A stretch of 64,000 nucleotides of DNA. It comes from the human T2T-CHM13v2.0 reference genome, Homo sapiens. Below, piece after piece: positions 54,496-64,000 of the stretch. Location: NCBI RefSeq assembly GCF_009914755.1, contig NC_060939.1; one strand, given 5' to 3'. A program made the translations under genes and the position numbers. Position 1 is the stretch's first letter. Each line of letters begins with the position of its first letter. The notes under the pieces were generated by a model. That model worked only from the letters and a program-made list of their open reading frames with translations, ran no database searches and was not told the DNA's origin.

Positions 54496-56130
54496 CTGTT
54501 AGAAAAAAAAAAAATCCCTGAATTCACATTGGTTGAATATTGACTAATTAATTACCCTATGTAGTCAGTAGCTTGCTGCTTCACCAATCAAATAGCCCTG
54601 CTAAGTTAGAGTAAGTTCTAAAGAACTAGAAGTTGTTAAAAGGCACTTCCTAATTAATCTTTTTGGCCATTTACAGTAGTAGAAGGCAGGCAGGCATGAC
54701 TGCCGTAACGGAGATGGAGAAGATATTTTTATTTAATTGTGGTAGTTTTTCTCAACTGATGACAGGAGAAATAAATATGACATATTCCTAAATCTATGCA
54801 AATATTTTATCTATCCATATTCCATATTCATTGAGGTGGTTAAAAAAAAGCAATACCTTACTTTTTTTTAAACTAGAGAAACTGAACATATTTTCTGAAG
54901 GTTCTCATCTTCACTTATCCAGTTTACGTAAAAAAAGTCTACATACATATACAGCCCATAACTAAAAATCACTCTTAATAACAAATCCTATGACCTAAAA
55001 CGTATAAGGCACGTAAGAGAACATATTCTTCAACACTGAAAAATTTCAAACTTACAGAAAAGTTGAAAGAAAAGTACAATGAACACAATATAGCCTTCAC
55101 CTAAATTAGCCAATTGTTAACCTTTGCCTATTTGCTTTCTGTCTATAAAAGAACATAACAAGCTGGTGACAAGTTCTGCCGAGTCCAACTTTGAGAGCAG
55201 GTCGGGGCAGGACACATGTCATATTGGCTTCAGCCCTTGAAACTCCAAGCAAGAAAGCTGAAAGGATCCAACAGCAACAAAAAGCAAACCAAAAAGGGGG
55301 TGAAGTGTTTTCATGTAAAACACTGAAAATGAAGCTCAGAAAACTTCCTTAGACTTTCCTAATAATAAAAACAATGAACTGAAGAAGCTGCTAAGGATAC
55401 TAAACCGAATCACCTCTGAGCAGTGACTTCTAAATGTTCTTTACAAATTTAGTCTTTTATAAATGTGTCTCTTCTCCCCCAGCTTCTGTTTCTCTTTTAT
55501 AATCTGACAGGCTGGTGTGTGAGGTTCCTAATCTCCCAATCACAGAAGAAATTATGTTCAAGACAGCTCAAACGGCAGGCCAGGGTAGTCAAGACAGACT
55601 CTGGTGATATCACAAGCAGGAGACTGCTGCTGCTCCCCAGAGATGCGGCTACAGAAACTCCCCATCGCCAAACAAGAAACCACCACGGGATTATACCACT
55701 TCCCCCATAAAATGCAGAAGAACTGAAAATGGTTCAATGTTCCCTTTAATCACTAACATTTACGGAGCACTTGCGATGGGTTACAGGTGCCCCGTGCTAG
55801 GCATGTGAGATTCCTAATCTTGTTTAAAACTCCAACTCTTAGGCAGCCATTCTCACCATCTTTATTTTTGAGGTGAAGAATTGAGCCATAGAAAGCTGCC
55901 CAGTTACTGTCTAGCCTGCAAATCAGACTTCTGAGAGCCAGACCAGTGGGCTCTTAGCTCCATGGTCTCAGGCCCGACTCCCACTAGAACTTCGATAGGC
56001 ATCATACTCAGCCTGAGCACATTCAAGTACTTGTCACGTCATGACAAGTACTTGAAATGTTGAATGTTGGACTTCCTTTTCTCACCTGAATCTCCTTTCT
56101 ACTGGTGTCTTAAAAGCTTTTTTTTTTTTA

Positions 56131-56439
<309 letters not shown>

Positions 56440-56447
56440 GCGGGGGG

Positions 56448-56720
56448 GAGACAGGGTCTCACTCTTGCCCAGGCTGGAGTGCAGTAGCATGGTCATAGCT
56501 CACTGCAGCCTCGAACTCCTGGGCATAAGTGATCCTCCCACCTCAACCTCCTGAGTAGCTAGGACCAAAGGCATGGCCACCACACCCAGCTAATGTTTTT
56601 TGTAGAGATGAGATCTCACTATGTTGCCCAGGCTGGTCTCAAACTCTTGGCCTTAAGTGATCCTCTTGCCTCGGCCTCCCAAAGCACTGGGATTACAGGT
56701 ATGAGCTATTGCACCTGGCC
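56448..56720 (-). mobile_element. AluJ-like, tail-to-tail with the preceding Alu
   Basis: gagacagggtctcactcttgcccaggctgg ... ttgcacctggcc. Confidence 0.92.
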
Positions 56721-58616
56721 AAAGGTCTCATATTTGGAAACATTAAGCAAACATATTACTAAAAGGCAGGTCAGCCAAAGGAAAGCTGGCTGGAGGGCAA
56801 CTGAAGAAAGCACTCAACAGTGATGGATAGAGACTGAGTGATACAAGGTGGGGTCAGTGAAAGCAAGTAACATCAGCCGCCATGTATGTCTTTAACTTAA
56901 AACTTGTGTTACAGTCTAAGTAAGTCCTGATCATTTATATTACAGATACTTTCTCTAGAACGATGATGATCACAGCAACAACACCTAACAGTGAAGACCT
57001 TATGAGGAGCCAGGCACTGTGTGAGGGAGGGCTTTACATGGATTACCGCCTGTAACCCTCACAATACCTATGAGGAAAATAAGCACTATTTCACAGACAA
57101 ATACACTGAGGCAGAGACATGAATTCACCTGGCCAAGTCAGAGGTCCTAAGTGGTGATCTGGGTTTGAATCCAACCTGGGCTGGCTCCAGAGGCCATGCT
57201 CAATGTAAAGCATCACCCCACGCTGTTCCACATCCCCTTCCCTCCTGGTGCTTGCTCCAGTTGTCATTTTGCTTTTCTGTTTGTGCCTCTAAACTAAACT
57301 GTGAGGCCCAGGAGTGCAGTGCCTGTGTACCCGTGCAGAGTAAAAGGGTGGGCACACAGCTGGATGCATAGATGAGCTGGAAGAAGGAGAAGCTGTAGGC
57401 ACGGAGGTATTCATGGAACAGCAAACGCAGGAAGAAAGACAAGGATGAAGTAAATGATAACACAAAGGATGGACAACACTGAAATCGCTAATGAAAGCAA
57501 CATGGAAGTGCTGGGGCCACAGTGTTGAATGGAACAATCCGAAAGTCCATACACTTCAAAAATGGAAGAATTACGGAAACACAGAAAAGGATTGGAAGGA
57601 AACATGGAGAAATAATGACTTAAATCACTAGGGTGGCAAAATCCTAGGACCAATGTTTATTCCTGCCTCGGAATACTATAGAAACAAAAAGCATTAGACC
57701 ACACCAAAAAAAGTTAACAAATTCCAAATGGCAGAAATCTTTACAGGCAGCATCCACTGACAATAAAGCATGAAAACTGGTCAAGAACAGCAATAGCAAA
57801 AAAGATATATAAACATATCTTTAAAATTAAAAATATATAAAATATACTTTAAATAAATATATCTTAAATATATATATTTTTCCACTTAGACATTTAAATT
57901 TGGAATCAGAAGTAGGAATCAATATTTCTTCCTCAACCATACCCTGTCTAGAGCTGAAGGGCTATGAGGGAACACACACGAGAACACCCACTTCTGTCAG
58001 TGCGCTCCCTCTTTCTCCCTGGAGCCTTTCCAGTTCTCCCAGTGCCACTGCAGAGGAGACCTGCATGAGGTGTGAACACCTTCTGCATTGCAGAGGGACC
58101 CCCAGCACTGGCAATAACAGAGCAATGTCAGAAAGCATGAGGTCATGGACCCAGGCAGGCCTCAACTGTCTCACCTGGAATCCACCTAACAACCACTTTG
58201 CCTCTTCATCGTCTGTCGCCACATCACCTCACAATTGTGATATGTTGGGGCCACAGGCTTGTTAAGTTGTTAAAAATTGCTAAACTTGTTAAGTTGAGAA
58301 ATGTTGGAGGAAAAAAACTTCATGGCTCAAAACCACTCCACCCATTATGCTGCAAAAAGAAAAGAGGAGGGAATGTCCTGTTCTGACAGCGCTGTATCCC
58401 GATCAGCTCCGTTAGCTGTCTACAGAAGGAGCTGCATAGTCGCCACAGCCACGAAGCATAACCTCCACGCACACCCTGGCTCGCTCCCCGGGAAAACCTG
58501 CTCCACACGTCTCCCCCACTGCCAAGTGTCACGCACGCCCTGGAAACCCACCACTATAGTATTGTTCTACGCACTACAGAAATAGACACACTTGCAAAAT
58601 AAAAATTTCACCTGTC

Positions 58617-58925
58617 TGCTGGATGCAATGGCTCATGCCTGTAATCTCAGCATTCTGAGGCCAAGGCAGGCAGATCACTTGAGCTCAGGAGTTCAAGACT
58701 AGCCCAGGCAACACGGCGAAACTCTGTCTCTACTAAAAATATAAAAATGAGCTGGGTGTGGTGACATATGCCTCTAGTCCCAGCTACTCAGGAGGCTGAG
58801 GCTGGAGGATTTCTTGAGCCAGGGAGGTTAAGGCTGCAGTGAGCTGAGATTGCACTACTGCATTCCAGCCTGGGCAAAAGAGCAAGACACTGTCTCAAAA
58901 AAAATAAATACATAAAAATAAAAAT
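58617..58925 (+). mobile_element. AluJ-like
   Basis: Full dimer. Confidence 0.9.
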
Positions 58926-59086
58926 TTCTGTTTTCATTAAGTAATCCCAAAATGTGTATTATTGATGGGTATATATTTAGGGTCATGTATATTCAATGTT
59001 GTGTACATTAAAAAACCCAACTTCCATTGGCAATGCTAACCAAGACCTCTTATTAAAAAAACAAACAAACAAAAACCACAAAGCCT

Positions 59087-59386
59087 ATTTTTTTTTCTTG
59101 CAACGGGGTCTCACTTTGTCATCCAGGCTGGAGTGTGGTGTGAGGATCTCCGCTCACTGCAGCCTTGCTCTGCTTTCCAGGGCTCAAGCAATCCTCCCAC
59201 TTCAGCCTCTTGAGTAGTTGGGACCACAAGTGCAAGCCACCATGCCTGGCCATTTTTTTTTTTGTATAGAGACGGGGGTTTCACTATGTTGCCTACACTG
59301 GTCTCAAATTCCTGGGCTCAAGCAATGTGCCCACCTCAGTCACCCAAAGTGCTGCTATCACAGGCGTGAGCCACTATGCACAGCCA
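59087..59386 (-). mobile_element. AluJ-like
   Basis: Antisense dimer. Confidence 0.88.
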
Positions 59387-60692
59387 ACTTTTTTTTTTTT
59401 AAATAGTAGATATAAGTGTAAAGTATTGAGACCAGAGGTTTTCTTGTTGTTTTGGATTTTCTCATTCATAAATCCTCTGGGCCTCACATATCCAATGGGT
59501 GTTGTCAGTGAGAAGTGGTCACTATGGGGACCATGTACATATTCCAGCCATGCTGCCATGATTCCGGTGTTTTTACTTCTGTTTTGGAATTATCTTCAGG
59601 GTCCCTAGCATGCCTATCATTCCCTCACTCAATGCATCGCCTGAAAGGTACTGCTAGGCATGAAGCAAATACTCAGTAACAACCTGGACAGTAGCAAACC
59701 TCTGCCCTCCAAGGACAAGCTCCATCCAGAGCCAAACACCCTCGGAGACACATTATTTGCAAGATGAGGGTGGCCAGGTGAGGGACGCCTTGGGGCTAGG
59801 TGAGACCAGTAGCTACAGACATGTCTGGGGTCTGCTGGGGTCAAACAGGCTATACTTGATGCCCCATGTCCTGGGGGCCACTTGTCCACCTAAAACCTCT
59901 CCCACAAAGTCTCAAGAACCGGTGGCAGCAAGAATGTTATGATCCTCCCTGTGGCCTCCCCTCTGAATCATTAGGCTTCTCTACAGGCAAGAAGAGAAAT
60001 GCAGGCTGCCCCCACCTCTCACAAATGCTGTGTGTTCCTCCTACCGCATCAGCTGGTCACCACCCCAGGCATGACTAGGAGGGTCACTTCTGTTCAGGCA
60101 ATAGCCTCCCAGCCTAAGGGCTAGCCCAGAGAAGGACACGGGGAGGAAAGCTGTCCTTCCTACTGAGTGTCAGGACCCTCCCATCTTGGGTGCTGGGGGC
60201 ACTGACTCTGAACAGGCCCTCTTCCCAGGCCTACTTGGAAGCTGGAGTCCGCTTCCCCAGCTAACCCCATACTAGCTGTTAGGAGCAATGCTCCCAAACC
60301 AGGCATCCACTAGGTCCTGCAGCAAGCTGTGCAAATTAAGTTTGTGTGTGATTTCATGCACACAGGAGAGGCAAGAAACAGCCTCCATATGATACAAGGG
60401 ATAATGAAGTACTAAGGGTGGTATATATAGAAAGAGAAGTCTTAGTTGCCTGAAAACAAGGGAGGGGAAGGATTTGAAACTGTTCAAAGCAACAGCAAGA
60501 GTTTCCTTTTCCAAGGAAGCTCCACAGAAGATTAATGATTATTTGATGGTAAGTCCTGTTACACTTGTGGGGAAAAAAAAAAAGTGTGCAGCTGTTCTGC
60601 CGTCACACCAAATCAGCTCACGGAGGCCAGGCCTCTGGGGTGACATCGGTGGTCTCTCATGCCAATCACCAGAGCCCCTGCCCCACTCTTAC

Positions 60693-61076
60693 TTTCAGCC
60701 TGTCCAGTTCCAGCTGGTCCCTGGCAACAGGCACAACCGAAGGGGAGCTGGGCGCCACGGTGGGAGGAGGCCCGTTGCCCTCGCCCTCGCTGAGCTTGAT
60801 GATGACCTCGTCCTTGGCTTGGATGGTCTCCATGAGCATTCCCAGCTGCTCGTTGAGCTCGCCCACTTTGCTCTTCAGCGTCCTTACTTCCTGCTGAAGA
60901 CTCTCCTTCTCCAAGCTGAACCTCTCCAGCTGGCTGGTAAGGCCCAGAATCTGATCATCCTTTTGGTGCAGAAGCTCGAGCGTGTCCTTTGGGACCCCCT
61001 CACAGAGCCGGCTGCTTGTGAAATACTTGTCATACTGGGATGACCGGACTGTCTGCTGGAGCAGTCGAACAAGCTC
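60693..61076 (-). CDS. TBC1D2B: TBC1D2B exon (probably 6), coiled-coil region
   Basis: cccag|GAG CTT GTT ... CTG AAA|gtaaga; 384 bp; ELVRLLQQTVRSSQYDKYF...DQLELDRLK. Confidence 0.94.
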
Positions 61077-61795
61077 CTGGGAGCCAAAAGGAGAATGGAG
61101 TGAAGGGTGAAAAGAGCAAGGAGAGGAGGAAAAGCAGAAATCATGACATTACATGGAGTAATCGACAGAGTTTGAGGAAATGTAGAAACTTTACTGGAAA
61201 CATTTTAATACTGAACTTCCTCTTGAAGGATCTCAAAAATAGAGGAAAAAAATATTTACTCCATAAAGACTGTCTGTAGAGAACAGTAATAGGAAACAGG
61301 AAATAATGGACATGTCCACTATAATTAGCAATGGTATCCAGTAAATGTCATGGGTATTAAAAAACCTGTGCTCTAAGAGTCACTGAACTGCTGAACAATT
61401 AAATGTAATTAGATCTGATTAGTTCAAGAAACCATTGTTGAATAGGATGCAGAAACTCTTTTTAATGACTGTTAAAGAACTCTGGGCTGAAACTGTGTTT
61501 AGGGAGATTCAACCTCAGGGGCAGGACTGGGCTGTGGTGCAGACAGCAACCTCCTCTGTCCTCCTTTGAGAGATCTTCACTCTCCTTGCAAATGCAAACA
61601 CCTCTGAACCAATGATCAAGCACAGCAGCTGTGCCTAGATGACCGCCATGGCAATATGAAACCTCCAGGGGAAAAGCAACTCCTGGGAAACAAAGCTGTC
61701 CCCAGAAAGACTCAGGGAAACATAAATTGGGCTTTACTCCTCCCGTCCTTGGCCTGCTGAGGTGGGGTAAGACAGAAGCCAGAAGAAGAAGTTAC

Positions 61796-62362
<567 letters not shown>

Positions 62363-62714
62363 AAAACTTGTATTTTAAACAAAAACCACATCTTCCTTTT
62401 GGAAACTATAACAAAATAAAGCATCCCCACAAATCATCCTCCAGGGAGTTTGGCATTCACCACCTTGAGAACTACAGGAGATTGATGACTCTGCCCCCAC
62501 TGCATTCTAGATAGTAACCAACATGCTTCAGCCAGAGATGATTGATTCCCCCCACTGGATCCTTCCTTGGAAGACTGTATCACAGGATCATTTTTCATGG
62601 AAAACTAAGACATACTAAGCATCCTATTTTTGCTAATTTGTCCTTAGCAAAAAAGCAAAAACACTCAAATGTATGTTGGTTTTTGTTGTTTTTTTTTTTT
62701 AACATACAAACATT

Positions 62715-63116
62715 GCTATACTTTGAATGTGTCCCCCAAAGTTTATGTGTTAGAAATTTAATCCTCAATGTAACAGTATTGGCAAGTGAGGCCTAATAAC
62801 AGGTGATTAGGTCATGAGGACTCTGCCCCTGTGAATGGATTAATGTTGTTATCACCAGGGTGGGTTAGTTATCACCAGAGCAGGTTTGCAATAAAAACAA
62901 GTTTGGTCCCCTGGCTCTCCCTCACCCTTGCCCTCTCTTGCTCTCTTTCTCTCTTGCCTTCCACCAAGGGACTATACAAAACAAAGGCTCTCCCCAGATG
63001 CCAGTGCCATGCTTTTGGACTTCTAGCCCCAGAACCATGAGCCAAATAAATTTCTGTTCATTATAAATTACTCAGCCTATGGTATTCTGTTTTAACAGTA
63101 TAAAACAAACTAAGAC
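62715..63116 (+). mobile_element. MaLR solo LTR (MSTB-like)
   Basis: TG...CA ends: tgctatactttgaatgtgtcccccaaag ... gccaaataaatttctgttcattataaattac ... aactaagaca. Confidence 0.85.
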
Positions 63117-63169
63117 ATGCATGTTTTAAAGCATAACTAGATTCCCCTTCTTAAAAAATGGGTATTTGG

Positions 63170-63453
<284 letters not shown>

Positions 63454-64000
63454 GAGTATTCGGGAATACCGTCAGGCCAGGCACAGTGGTATGTACCTGT
63501 GGTCCCAGCTATTGGAGGCTAAGGCAGGAGGATAGCTTAGGCCTAGAAGTTCAAGGCCAGCCTAGGCAACACAGATACTCCATCACTAAAAAAGAAAAAA
63601 AAAATACTATGGGATCTAAATAAATTTTAGTGTAGATAGATTGAAATATATATACTCACATTATAAAGAGGAGACACAAGGGAGCATATAAGTGTGATTT
63701 ATATAAAGTTAGGAAACAGGCAGAACCAACCTGCACTGTTAGGAATCAGTACAGTGGTTCCCTGGGGCGGGGTAGTGACTGGAAAGGGCACGGGGATGGC
63801 AGCTGGTTCCTAGGGTGCTGGCATCGTCCTCCTTCTTGAAGTGAGTGCTGGTTTCATGGGTGTATTCAATTTGTGACAATTCACTGAGCTATACATTTCT
63901 GATTTGGGGACTTTTCTGTATGTTATACATCAATAAAAAGTTTACTTAAAGATACGGGAAAATACAAGGAAGGGTAGTTCACTTTCTGTGAATAACATGG

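Noticed and set aside
57360-57790. Purine-rich stretch resembling coding sequence or a retrocopy
   Set aside because: No sustained ORF; the 3' part resembles a very old L1 ORF2 fragment; needs a Dfam search.

Overview
Primate (almost certainly human chr15q24-25) genomic DNA carrying two convergent, tail-to-tail units. On the + strand (12279-~29830) is an unprocessed, 5'-truncated duplicate of ADAMTS7, best matching the pseudogene ADAMTS7P3. It holds 15 exons equivalent to parental exons 9-12 and 14-24, and I count at least 11 disabling lesions: nonsense codons, frameshifts, broken splice sites and a missing exon 13. On the - strand (62034 down to ~31525) are the last nine exons and a ~3.2 kb 3'UTR of the intact Rab-GAP gene TBC1D2B. 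All its splice sites and exon phases are consistent, and the IxxDxxR and YxQ catalytic motifs are present. The rest is Alu, L1, MIR, MaLR-LTR and Tigger repeats plus C-rich VNTRs and a (GC)11(AC)21 Z-DNA tract. I see no evidence of a wholly new biological system. The most interesting signals are the ADAMTS7P/TBC1D2B junction as a possible relic of ancestral synteny, a possible bidirectional poly(A) region, a frameshifting alternative acceptor in the last TBC1D2B exon, a ~90-bp direct repeat bracketing an in-frame exon, and an AluY inserted next to a 3' splice site. Comparisons to parental ADAMTS7, exon numbers and repeat subfamily names rely on my recall and were not checked by alignment.
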